Assembly: GCA_030704615.1 (NCBI GenBank)
Contig: CM060731.1
Coordinates: 86,614,001 to 86,678,000, forward strand
Reading direction: 5' to 3'
DNA: 64,000 nucleotides
Source of the DNA: Takakia lepidozioides
Lineage: Eukaryota > Plantae > Bryophyta
In this document: positions 11,626 through 23,933 of the stretch, in pieces
How positions within the stretch are numbered: position 1 is the first letter of the stretch
Layout of the letters: every line of letters begins with the position of its first letter
Program-made: the position numbers and the translations under genes
Notes under the pieces: generated by a model
Databases searched by the model: none
What the model saw: only the letters and a program-made list of their open reading frames with translations
What the model was told of the DNA's origin: nothing

Positions 11626-14162
11626 AGCGCCCGCTACCTAGTTCGTAACTCATTGTCGTTCATGTCTTGCGTGCATATGGTTCTCACCAATTTATTGGGG
11701 CGTGACGTCTTTTTGTAGGTTGTAGCCTTGCCTCATGTTAGCACAAGGAACTGAACTAAAGATGTAGATGAAGACTCGAATATGAGCGTTGTAACATTCT
11801 TGCAACAGATCCTTTGGTAACGAAATAAAGTTCCATGACCTCTATGGAAGGGACCGTCTCCACCTTATTTGAAAAGGCAGTCCAAACCCGTCTGAACCAT
11901 AGGCAATGCCAAATCTCGATTTTTAGATGACTTCAACTATGTGCCTATCTAGTTGTAGAGACTGCACATCTCTAACACAAAGGTTTTTTTAAAAAAAACC
12001 ATCTTTGAAATTCGGACCTTAAATTCAAGCCCCAAAGATTCTTCAAAAGGCTACAGAAGCTACTCTGCTATAATCCCAAATTGCGGTGGCGACATAAGAC
12101 TTTTGGGCCTTTCAACATTGTATCTTACTGAAAACGACATGGCACGTAGAAGCCCTGGACCAGATCTTCTCTGCTTGTTGTACTTAATCACCTAAAACTA
12201 ACTAAGATCTGGTTCCGTAGAGTTTAGCAAAAATTAACCATGATAGGAGCCCTGCCTTTTTTTTAAGATTAGGGGCTATGCATCAATTTGTTGAGTTGAC
12301 TCTTAACCTTATATCATGGGTTGTTCCCATGAAGGGTATTGATAACGTATATGTATTTGAAATAGGAACGTGTCCATATGCATCATTTTTGGCGTATATG
12401 CGTATTGGGTGCAGCTAAAGTTGGTTGTTGGATGAAATAATGTAAGTTTCATTTGGTAAATTCCATTAAATTGAATTCAATTAAACTGGAAAAACCATAT
12501 GAATTGAGTTATGGGCAGGGTGCAAGTGAGAGAGCCTGGAAAACTGAAACATGTGAGATCCATGCTGATCGTACGTTGGACGCATGAAGCTTGTGAAGAA
12601 ATGTTTGGAACTGTGGTGTAATTAAAATGATTGACAAGATGTGCATACATATTTTCAAATTATTAATAAAATAATGTGGCATGTAATTTATTTTAGTGAC
12701 GATTGAAGGTCGGAGACTAGTTTTAGTATAAAACAGGAACAGGATGCCATAGTGCCATGTCATCATCGCCACATCATCATTGTCATGTCATCACTGTCAA
12801 CTGTGTCGGAATCTGCCCAGATTGCTCGGGAAAACCAATAATAATTTCTTGAGTTGTCTGAAGCTTTTGGAACTGGCTAAATGGATTTTCATGGAGGTTT
12901 TCAATCCTCTGAGTATGGTCTGACAGATGCAGAGAGAATGTACTTGTAAGCATTGTTTACTCAGTATTGTGTTCAGTTTTGAGTAGTCTTGATTTTGCTC
13001 ATGTTTCTCTGGCACCATCATTGTGAGTCGGGAAAAGGTGTTGTAGGGTTTTAAGGGTCTGTTTCGACATTAGTAGGATTTTTTATTGTGTGTGGGGAAA
13101 GGCACTACACTATCTCTGTGATTCTTCCTTCCAAAGAGAATGCAAGTGAAGGGTAGCTGCTCTAGGGTTTCTGGGGTGTCATGATAGCATTACGGTTTCT
13201 GCTGTGTGTGGGAAGGTATTAAACAATCTCTATGATTATGCTTGAGTAAGAGTGAGAATGAGTGGCAACAAGATAGGGTGTCATTCACTTGGATAAAATA
13301 AATGATTATGCATGATGATTATGCAATAGTTCATGAGAGAAGATCTTGCACTCGTAGCATACTTGGCTATCATTACAATAGGAGTGTCACAACCTGAATT
13401 CTAATATCAAGGGATAGAGAGGGTACACCATTTGGTAAGGGTAGTGTCTGCAGACGGCAAACTAGAGAGTGATGTCACATTCTAGAACCATATCATATCA
13501 AACCACTACTCAAAAGCTGGCCTCTGGGACTGAGAACGAATGATGTATATGCTCGTTTTCCAATAATGAAATCTGCAAAATGAAACCATTGGATATCTGA
13601 TTCCGAATTTCTGCACTGGCATGTAAAAAGGGATGCATTGATAGCTGATCAAGAGAGAATAGAAAGAGAAGGAAAGAGTTAGCTGCAGCTATGCGAGCTC
13701 GACGAGTGCGGGCATTTGTATGTGATTCCGCATCGGAGACTGACACAGATGTTGAAGAAGTGGAGTCGCAGGAGGTCAGAAGGACAGTTCCACAAGGAGA
13801 AGACGAAATTTTCAAGAGGTTGGCAGATGATCAATCGGAGGACTCTAGGGACGAGGTGGGGAAGGAAGTGGCGCAATGTACTCCTCTTGGGGATGATGAT
13901 GAGGATACTGAGCCCCATCTAATTCCTTTTGATCGGGTTATTGCTACACCTCCCCTCAATCCATACTCCAAGTGTTAGCTGCATTGTCTCACTTTCCAAC
14001 ACCTCTCTGGTCTGAAAATCCTCTCGAAATTTCATTCCAATTCCCAAATATCCTTTCTTCCTCAAGTCTGTCTAAGGACTTTCTAATCCTAAGACAAATC
14101 ACAAGTAGAAGCAGAGCAAAGCAATTGAACTTAGCTGGTTTATACTAGTGTTGTACTGGTAT

Positions 14163-15145
14163 CAGCGATGCAACGGCGTGAGCGCCACGTCAACGTGAGC
14201 CCGTACACCCGTCACGTCAGCGTGAGCACATATCCCGCCACGTCACCTTGGGCCCACGTAGCAAGTTACATAAGAATTGATGCCTACACCCGAGGGGCCT
14301 ATAACCGCGGACGCCCTCCACACATATTCCAACACCTACCACATCTAAGCTGGACCCCACATGCCCCACCTAAACTTAGAACCCGGACCCGACCCGCTAC
14401 TCTGGCCCACGAGTAGTGGGTTTAACAGGTTCTGGACCTAGCTGGCAGGTCCGGCTGCGGTCCAGAAGTGATGAACGGCGCCGATCATCACATCTACCAA
14501 AATGCCCAATGCAAAAAAAAAAAAAAACAAAAAAAACAAAACACACATACACACACACCAGAAGAAATGCCAAATGCAACAATAATACTAATAATAATAA
14601 CACACACCACAAGTGATAATCGGCGCCGATCATCACATCTACCAAAATGCCAAATGCAAAAAAAAAACCAGTAGTGATGATCGGCACCGATCATCACATC
14701 CACCAAAATGCCAAATGCAAATGTAAATACAAATGCAAAAATTAAAAAAAAAACAAGAAAAAAAAAACAAATGTCAAATGTCAAATGCAAGGAAGAAGAA
14801 GAAAAAGGGGAAAAAAACAAAACAAAACCAAAAAAAAAAAAAAAAAACCAGAAATCAGAGAAGAAGTGATGATCGTCGACGATCATCACTCCATGTATCC
14901 AAATATTAAGGGAAAAAAAAAATATCCTCGGAAATAGGAAACAAAGTCTTTGCAGAATACATTTTCCTTCTAGATGTTGCATGTCTCCACAGATATAGGC
15001 GTGCACCCACGGCATTAGGCCCAACATCTTCCACGATTCCATCCGTGGCTGGGCTAGGCTGTGCGCCATGTGGCGTCAGCCTACGTGGCTATAAGCCCAT
15101 GTGGCGTGAGCGTAGGCTCACACGCTCACGTAAAGGCATCCCCCT
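14163..15145. mobile_element. Non-autonomous hAT-like element
   Basis: The termini CAGCGATGC.. and ..GCATCCCCCT are imperfect TIRs with GTGAGC subterminal repeats. Flanks ACTGGTAT (14155-14162) and ACTGGTGT (15146-15153) form an 8-bp TSD with one mismatch. Confidence 0.7.
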
Positions 15146-15859
15146 ACTGGTGTCATAATTTCTTAATACCAGTGGGATAATGGTATTGGGTAAAAGCTCA
15201 ATAGTCAGACCACTATGGTAGGTTCACAAGGGTCTGCCGGTCTGACATACCATGATCAAGGACTCTGGTCCACAGGCCAATATCTTTCATCAGGTGATCC
15301 ATGAAGGCCTCATTAAACTCTCCCAAAGCAGCGGCGCGGTCCTCTGCCCACTCCACAGAACTTGGAAAACATGTGCTTTGTTGAAAGCTATGTCAAGCAC
15401 TGCACGCTCCTGCACTCTCACAAACCAGTTCTAACATAGCTTCCGTGGTAATATTTTCCCGAGAATCCTGGCTTCCGTGTAGCAGGTCCATCCCTAGACT
15501 TTGAAGGTCCTTTTTCAATTTTAGACCTGAAACTGCCAAGCACTCGATGAGGAGGGGTGCACCGGCTTGGTCTCATGATTTTTGGACCCGCGGTGTGGGA
15601 GATGTCGAATTTCAAGTACTTTTGGTCTCTGGAAATTCGGGAAAAATAGCAAAGTGGATATATCAATATATGACCAAAAATAGCAAAGTGGGCTTTGTTG
15701 GAACAATGACATGGAGGTCTCCCAAACTGCAAGGTCTCGGGATGCATAGGGGATTGCACTTGGACTTAGATGACATTGGACACTGGAGATCGCACTTGGG
15801 CCTCTACATGGAGACACACATGGATACATAGGAGATCGCACTTGGGCTTAGATTTCAAT

Positions 15860-17385
15860 TCTTCACACATGGGCCAATGGCATAGGCTACCCGCCCTTTC
15901 CACTAACTTGCACAAAGCAGCACTGTTAATCTCCAATTCCTCAGTCTCTTCAGCTGGACCCACAAGGTACCTACTCAAAGCATCAACGTTAGAGTGTTTT
16001 GATCCAGCCGTATGGACAATCTTGAAATCAAAGTCCCGAAGCATCATAATCCATCTTCCACGCCTACCATAGTCATCACTAATTGTAGCCAGCCATTCCA
16101 AAGGCTTATGATCAGTTCTGATAATGAAGGGAGTACCATAAAGGTACTGCCAGAAGTGAACTACTCCCCACACAAGAGCATAGCACTCACCCTCCATGGA
16201 GTGGTACTTTTGCTGGGCATCAGATAATACCTTACTCGCATACGCAATCACATGTTCGCGCCGCTGATTTTTCTGGGAAAAAATTGCCCCCACCCCTTTT
16301 CGTGACCAGTCAACATCCAGAATGAACGGCTTAGTGAAATCTGGCCTAACCAAGACAGGGGCAGTCATCAATTTCAAACGCAATGCCTCAAAGGCATTCT
16401 GCATCAGCAGACCACTTGAAGGGTACATCCTTCTTGGTCAGCAAAGGCACACATATCATAGTAAACCCTTGAATATAAATATGGTAGTAACCAGACATAT
16501 CAACATTTAGACCCTCACCGCCATGGGGTTCTTGGGTATGGGAAAAGCTTGAATCGAGGCTATTTTATTTGGATCAAGCTTGACTCCCAAAGCAGACACC
16601 ACATGACCCAGAAAAACCAACTCTTCATTCCCAAAAGTACACTTGTTAGGGTTCAGGCGTAGGTTGGCAGCTCTCAGCCTTTCAAAAACCCTGGCCAGAT
16701 GCGCGCTGCAGGTGTGACTCCCAATCCAGACTATACACATCATCCACAAAAACTTTGGCACACTCTCTAATTTCCATGGCCATTGGCCAAGATAGTATTC
16801 ATGGCTCGCTGAAAGGTAGCAGTGGCATTTTTCAAGCCGAATGGCATGACCAACCATTCATACAAACCTCTCTTGGTTATTACAGCCATTTTCTTAACAT
16901 CCTCCTCATTCATTTTGATCTGCCAGAAACCACTCTGCAGATCAAGTGCAGAAAACCAGGCAGCATTTCCCAGGCTAGTAAGCACATCCTAAATCAGAGG
17001 CATGGGATAAGAATCCATCCTAGTCAAGCTGTTTAGTGGTCGGTAATCCCCACAAAACCTTGGAGCCATCCTTTTTGGGAGGTAAAGTCACAGGCATGAG
17101 TACTCAGATTTATTCTCTCTCATCTTACCTTGCAAGACAAGAGCCTTGATCTGCCTCTGCACCTCCCCTTCTTCCCATTTCTGACAGTCTGCTGGGCTGG
17201 CTCCTGCATGGAGGGAAGCCTTGGGTATCTATGCAGACATGTTCTGCCATTGAGCAAAATCCCAAGTCCGCTTTGCTAAGAGCAAAACATTCCTGATATT
17301 TCTTCAACACCTGTTCCAACTCTTACAGCCGGTCCCTTGGCAACTTAGGGTTGATGTTTATCCGAGCACGAAGGCGGCGCGAGCT
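15860..17385 (-). pseudogene. Ty3/Gypsy pol fragment (RT + RNase H), frameshifted
   Basis: RT motifs FSALDLQSGFWQI, YEWLVMPFGLKNATATFQR and FLGHVVS; RNase H motifs PFILDVDWS, VIAYASK, EGECYALVW and RTDHKPL. Confidence 0.9.
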
Positions 17386-17998
17386 TGGGGTTGAAGCACA
17401 AGGAAGTAAGAGGGCTGATTTCCCTTGTGAGAAGGGAGTGCATGTGTGGAGCATGCTTTCAACCCATTGAGGCTTGTATTTTCAGGTTTTGGAGTGCAAG
17501 ACAAGAAGTAAGGGACTGATTTATCTTATATGAGAGTGGCGCATGTGTGGAGCATGTTTTCAGCCCATTGAGGCTTCTATTTTCAAGCTTTGGAGAGCAA
17601 GAAAGGAAGGGAGAGGGCTGGTTTCCACTTAGGTGAAAGAAAAGCACTTGGGGTCCATATGTGAGTTGGGGTTTTAGCTTCAAGCTTGAGGAGAGCATGG
17701 CTCTTGAGCTAGCAAGTGAAGGGAGCTTGAATGACCACGGCTTGAGAGGAGACAAGGCTTGATTGCTTGTGAAAGGAGGTAAAAAGCTTTGTTCTTGAGT
17801 TCCAAAGAGAGGTGAAGCTTGTTGTGTGGCAAATGCATTGCTAGGGGAGTTGGAACCAAAGCTTGGTTGCACCTTGAGGTGAAGAAGATCAAGAGAGCGT
17901 GACTTGGTATCACATGGAACTCATGAAGGCTTGAGAAGATCAAGCATGAAGCTGAAGGAAACACAAACCCCAACATGGGATGCACAAACCCTAGGTTC

Positions 17999-18170
17999 AT
18001 GGGAACGGTCATCATAGTGTGGGAACGGTCACTATAGTATGGGAACAATAACTATAGGTTAGGAACCGTCACTATAGATTGGGAACAGTAACTATAGGTT
18101 GAGAACCGTCACTATAGGTTGGGAACAATAACTATATCCGATAGGAACGGTCATTATAGGTTGGGAACAT
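17999..18170. repeat. About 20-bp tandem repeat GGGAAC(G/A)GTCACTATAGGTT
   Basis: About eight degenerate copies are visible. Confidence 0.75.
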
Positions 18171-21164
18171 AGTGACATATAAAGACGCTTTTGGAGGATT
18201 TTCAAGGGCCTTTGGAGGATTGTTTGGGGGATCTTTAGGGTCCTTGAGGAGCTTTTGGAAGACACTTTGAGGAGCTTTTGTAATTCAATTTGAAGAGCTC
18301 TTGAAGGGATGTTTGGATGACTGTTTGGAGGACTATTTGGGGTCCTTGAAGGTCAATATTTGGCAAGTTTTTGGAGCCTTTGGAGGGCTATTTGGAGGGC
18401 TGTTTGGGGTCCTTGGAAGCCAATATTTGGCGAGCTTAAGGAGTCTTTGGCGACTTGTTTGAGGGACTATTTCAGGTCCTTGAGGGCCAAGATTTGGCAG
18501 GCTCTTGGGGCCTTGGTGTACTGTTTGGAGTCCCATTGTGCAAGCTTTGGGAGGCTTAGTGTGATTGTTTGAGAGACATCTTGAGGGCTCATGGAGAGTT
18601 ATTTGAGAGACCCTTGAAATGTAGTCTTGTCTATTGCTCAAGCAAGAGATTATGGAGATAAGGTAGTGGGATGAGAGCATGCTGGGATTAGGAATTGCTT
18701 TAGTCTCTCTTCCTTGTAGTCTTTAGGCCAAAACCTTTCCGTAGGTGGAGGCAAGAGTCAGTACGGGTTTGGGCTGGGATGTCCTTGTAGGAGCGACACT
18801 GTGGAGTGTTTCTGGTGTGGGGGAGTTTCCCTGAATTCAGAACTGCTCCAGCCCCATCAATATTACAACTACTTAAAGCCTCTCTACATCCACCAACATG
18901 TACCTCCCAGAACACCCCCTCCCCCACCATACTTTCCAGCATACCAACCAGCCCACCCAATACACCTCAACAAACACTCCCTAGCCCCACAGTAACAGCC
19001 ACTCCACAACCTCGCCACCACCTACCGGACCCAGATCACCCCGAAGCCTATGTCATAGAGGCTATCCTCGGCATTGCTGAAGAGAGAAAGAAGATGGCAG
19101 CTCATATTTTCAGTCTGATACAAGAACCGCCAGATGATGAGGATAGGCATGCCAAAGAGGTGTTGGCTTTTTGTTTCAGTCTGTCCCAGCATGACTTTTT
19201 TAGCCAAAAGCTGCAAGGTGCTAATGCCATGTTTTGCAAATAGAACCTCACTATGCTCCATTCCACATCAAATCCAGGTCTGAAAACGGCCTGTCATTGC
19301 CTTATCAGGCTGTCTTCTTTTAAAAAAACCAGGCCTCCTCTTCCTTAGAGCCTAACAGCCACTGACGCCTTTACCCTTACACCATCAATCCTCTTTTAAG
19401 GCCAAAAAAGTACCTAGTCTAAAAATCCACGGGCAAAGCTGTCAAAGATTCAAGACAGGGTAAGATTCACATGTTGTGTTGTACAAGACAGGGCTGCCCA
19501 GGCCGAAATGCTCCATCAACGGCAGCAAAACATAAGTCAAAAGCAAGCATCATCATGTCAAACCGGGAGCAAGCGGGCCGAAATCGGGGCTGCAGGTAGC
19601 AACAATATGTTCCTTATGCTCTCATCCTTATCTGCAAGCTCAAGAGAATTCAAAGCAAGTAGGGATCCTCACCTGGTCCCATCCCCCACAAAAACCAATG
19701 GGTTAGTGGGGATTGTGGAACCCCAGGTGAATCACAGACCCATACATTTGTCATCGATGTCAACTAAGAACCTCCAAAGCAAGAGAGAGAAACATGAAGT
19801 AAAAGGAACCCTAATCACCAAAAGCACCTTGAGCGATTGGGGAAGGTAAATGTGCGCCATCGCCACCAGCAAGCCACCTCCAACACAGCTAAGGAGAAGC
19901 GAAGCATACAAATGCTAGGTTTAAGAAGGGAGAGAAAGAGATATACTTCCCCACACAAGCGCCGCTACGAAACATAAAAGCCAGAGGAGGGAAAAAAACG
20001 ATGCCATCACAGCGGGGTCTACCGCCTGTGAGAAGAGACAAGACGCCGCCATTGCGCATCCCCAGGAGCTCGTCCGGCATGGGCACGAAGCAGCAGACAG
20101 GGTAGCAGCAGAGCTCAGACGCCATAACTCTCAGCCCGCGAGCTCAGAAGCACGAGGAGTGCTGCTGACGGCGGGAGAGACACCCTAGGGCAAAGCCCGA
20201 TTTTTCATCCGCGGAGGATGAATTCGAATAATCAACACCCTTTATCTCGAAAACCCGACGGATGTCATCCATTAGCTAGGTTTAAACAATAGATTATAGG
20301 GTAGGGGTTAGGGTTTCACTCCTTAATTAGCCATAATTAAGGGTAATTAAACAATTCTCCAGGGCCATCATAAACTGCATTTTTCATCCGGTTCAGATGA
20401 AAAAAGTTAATAGGTTCATCTATTTGGAGAAGGTCCATCAGCAGGATGAAAAAGCAGTACACATCATCCAAGGCAGCGGTTTCTCATCCTAACAGGTAAT
20501 TCATCATCCCCTAAGAAAAGCCTCATCCAGTACGGAAAAAAAGGCATAAAGGAGGAATAAAACGAATTAATATCCTGGTATTTTTCATCCGGCATGGATG
20601 GAAAAATTATAGATAGGATGCCAGTGTCACAACCCCTACAGAGGTAATTCCTCATTCTCCTGTGACTCATCTGGTATAGATGAAAGTCAATAAAAGAGGA
20701 ATGAAAAATTATAGACCCTTTTAAGAGGTATTTTAGTGTCCACCCAGGTAATTCTTCCGGTATGGACAGAAAAACTTTATAGGGCGGGTGAAAACACTGT
20801 TTAGAGTCCATGTGGTATAGATGGAAAAACATGAAAAGAACACTGATGCAACCGGCCAATTCCGAGGAGGGAGACAGAGGGAGAGAGGGGGCACCCACCA
20901 ACCAGCCCCTGGTATGGCAGTCCCTTATGAGGTGAGTGCGGTATGCACTCACCCCGTAAGGGAGTGCATACCAGACCCCTTCATAAGGTTTCTCCCACTG
21001 CAAAAGTAGTTCCAAATCCTTGGACAAGATTGTCAAAAAAGGGGTTGGAAAACCTACTTCCTCCCCATAAAATACATATCAACCACTTGAATAAAGGAAG
21101 ACCTGTATACGGCCATGTGGAAATACATATCAGTCACTTGAATCAAAAGAGGAAATGTATAAGG

Positions 21165-21557
21165 TCATGTGGAATCCATTATACCTTTGAGCTTGGTGAT
21201 TAGGTCGTGTAGCGGGAAGTGGAGACCAGGAAAAGAGCCATGTTCCAGGAACTTAATGAGGATTCGAACCAGCTTCTTGGTCTTGAAACCATTCCTCCCA
21301 AGGGTTTGGATAAGAACACAACATTCATTCCAGGCAAAGTCAGTGCTGCTGGAAATATACAGAATAGGGAAAGCCTGGGAGACCACCACATTGTAAGACT
21401 GATTTACAGGTCGGTTAGAAAGGAACTGGATGTACTGTGTGTAAGAAAAGGGCAGCATCCTTCTCTTATCATATTTCCGGAACTGAAACAAACCAGTATC
21501 GGGATCCAACACACTGATATGTACATTCATAAAACAAGCTTCCAGACCAGTGTAAGG
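21165..21557 (-). pseudogene. Penelope-like retroelement RT C-terminal/thumb fragment
   Basis: FMNVHI..FRKYDKRRMLPFSYTQY..SNRP..SYNVVVSQ..L..NGF matches the PLE pattern FLD..YDKR..F..Y..SN.P..Y.V..SQ..GY. Confidence 0.65.
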
Positions 21558-21559
21558 CA

Positions 21560-23109
21560 CATGGATGGAGTTTACACAGAGGAGGAGATACAATAAGATG
21601 ATGCTTGATACATGCAAGCTGTAGAGATGCACTGTAGAGCGGATTAAAGACACCATGGCTTCGGCCTGATACATGATAGATATTAATATGATTCCCATTT
21701 CATATTCACACCGTGTAGAGAGATATGAGTGAAGTTGTGGAATGAATGCTTGAGTAGATGGAACATGGTAGATTGCAGAAGCAATCTGATACTTAATCAT
21801 AGACAGTAAGGTAACTTGCTAACATGAATGTGAGATGGAATACAAATAGGAAGCACCCCCATGATACACTAGTTGTAGGTCATGACTGATTGTTCTGAGC
21901 GGGCTGAGTACTTAGAGATTTCCAACTCTTCTATCTTGGAGTTTCTACCTCGGATAGCTAAGGGATGGGTGAGTAAAAGCCGACGACATTTGGCGACCAT
22001 ACTGGGGAACTGAGTCAAGAACAAGCAGATGTGACAAGCATCTGGTGGGATCATGGTGGATGGAGAATCAAGAAATTTGATGTGAATCAAATTTCCTGTG
22101 AAACTGAGAAAGAAAGATTGTCTAAACAATTTTTTCAGAGGTTCTTGGAATTGCCAGACGGTTGCAAGGAAAACATTCTTAAGAGAGTGCATGATGCTGA
22201 TCCAGAGTGGGGTCTGAAGAAAGGAGTGATAAAGATTTATCAAGTGGCCTGTAAAGGGAGAGCTAGATGGTTGCCAACACTGGTTTATGTGATAGCGTTG
22301 CTATCCATTAAACGAGTGGAGTTTGAAGGCTGAGAGGAACGGAAAATGAATGTTTTTAATCATATGCATGAAGAGCTTGTACTGGTAAAGAATTGGATTC
22401 CTAAGGATATCTTGTGGATCAAACTTACACCAAGAACAGCTTTTCAGACGTGCTTGCCATATGGTTATATGGTAACGGAGCCTTCTAGTATAGCCAAGGG
22501 TGCATTAAAACTTGAAAGAAATCCTGGCACATACGAGAGATACTACAGAAGAGAGTTTTGGTTATTGCCTCATTAAAGATATGAAAGACATGGGACATGA
22601 GTGATAAAATGGAAGCTAGACTCCACAGATATTCAGCGAAAAGAGAGAGTTATTTGAAAGCTAATTATCCATATCTCTGGGAGAGAGGAATAGACATAGA
22701 GGAATCATCTGGACCTCTCACACCATTAAGGCCAGAGAGTACATCACCCATACCGGAAGAACCAGAATTGGAAGCCACTCCTTCTTATTCTTTACAAGAA
22801 AGATTAAGGAATTTGGTACAGGAAGAAGATCAGCCACGAGGGGAAAGATCTGAGGTACATCCCTGGGTTAAAGATTTGACAGAAATCTTTGATCAGAGTT
22901 GGCATGGAACACCAAAAGCAGGAACTCCAGTTTCTGAAACACAAGACAAAGAAGGAGAGGAAGATGTGGCAGAGCCAACGGAGAGTTCGGACTCTCCAAC
23001 ACCACTTCAGTTGAGTTATATGAGTGAGGAAGAGGAAATCCAAGAGAAGAACTTGGAAGATGAAGAGTATGAAGAAGTAGACCCAACAGTTGAAGTTGAG
23101 ACTACAACC
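21560..23109 (+). mobile_element. Gypsy family A copy 1 (leader, upstream ORF, start of gag), cut by the MULE
   Basis: It is collinear with 62290-63817. Homology stops at GAGACTACAACC, where the MULE terminus begins. Confidence 0.85.
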
Positions 23110-23489
23110 GAGGTTTGCTATTTCATGAGCATGAGCGGCATGAGCGGAGTAGTAAGACAATCGGTTTTCATGAGCAGAAGTACAAATTTCGAAAATAAAA
23201 AACAATAAAAAACAATACTTTAATGCAATGTGTCAGGAAAAACAAATATATTATTCGGCCCCTTGAAGGGAAACTTGCAGTTTTGACAGTTGTGCTCATG
23301 ATATTTCGTCTTCCGCTCATGCCAATTCCCAGCGACATGTGCAAATATGGAGCCGAATTTCGCGGTAATAGGGTCCGTAACCTGAAAAAACGGCGACGTA
23401 TTTCGCGGTAATAGGTCTCTCTGGCGAAAAATGGTGCCGAATTCCGCGGCTATAGGTCCCCTCATGACAGGTAATTCGGCACCATTTTT

Positions 23490-23790
23490 CCAGTGCATGT
23501 TCGGACTTAGCCAGTTTTCGGCGCAAAATAAGGAAATTCGGCGCCATTTTTCCAGACACTGTACCAGTGCATGTTGGGACTTAGCCAGTTTTCGGCCCAA
23601 AAAAGAGAAATTCGGCGCCATTTTTCCAGACACGGTACCAGTGCATGTTGGGACTTAGCCAGTTTTCGGCCCAAAAAAGAGAAATTCGGCGCCATTTTCC
23701 CAGACACAGGTACCAGTGCATGTTGGGACTTAGCCAGTTTTCGGCCCCAAAAAGAGAAATTCGGCGCCATTTTTCTAGAAATGGCCCCAC
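23490..23790. repeat. About 74-76-bp subterminal tandem repeat x4 containing AAATTCGGCGCCATTTT
   Basis: GTGCATGTT recurs at 23493, 23567, 23641 and 23717. Confidence 0.85.
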
Positions 23791-23933
23791 AACTGCTTCT
23801 GTTGGATCTCAGTTTGAATGGAATATTGCCTCATTCCAGGAGTTTTGGGGTGCATTTCATTACACTGCAAAAAAAAGTCTGATACAGCAAAATGCAATTG
23901 AAAATATCCATATGGAGGATTCCCTTTGCCCCA

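Noticed and set aside
13691-13978. Acidic 95-aa ORF
   Set aside because: No recognisable domain or supporting exons.
14397-15069. Phe-rich and Lys-rich ORFs
   Set aside because: Artefacts of poly-A/T tracts.
19480-19600. Hammerhead ribozyme near the Penelope fragment (GGCCGAAA twice)
   Set aside because: No properly placed CTGANGA core.
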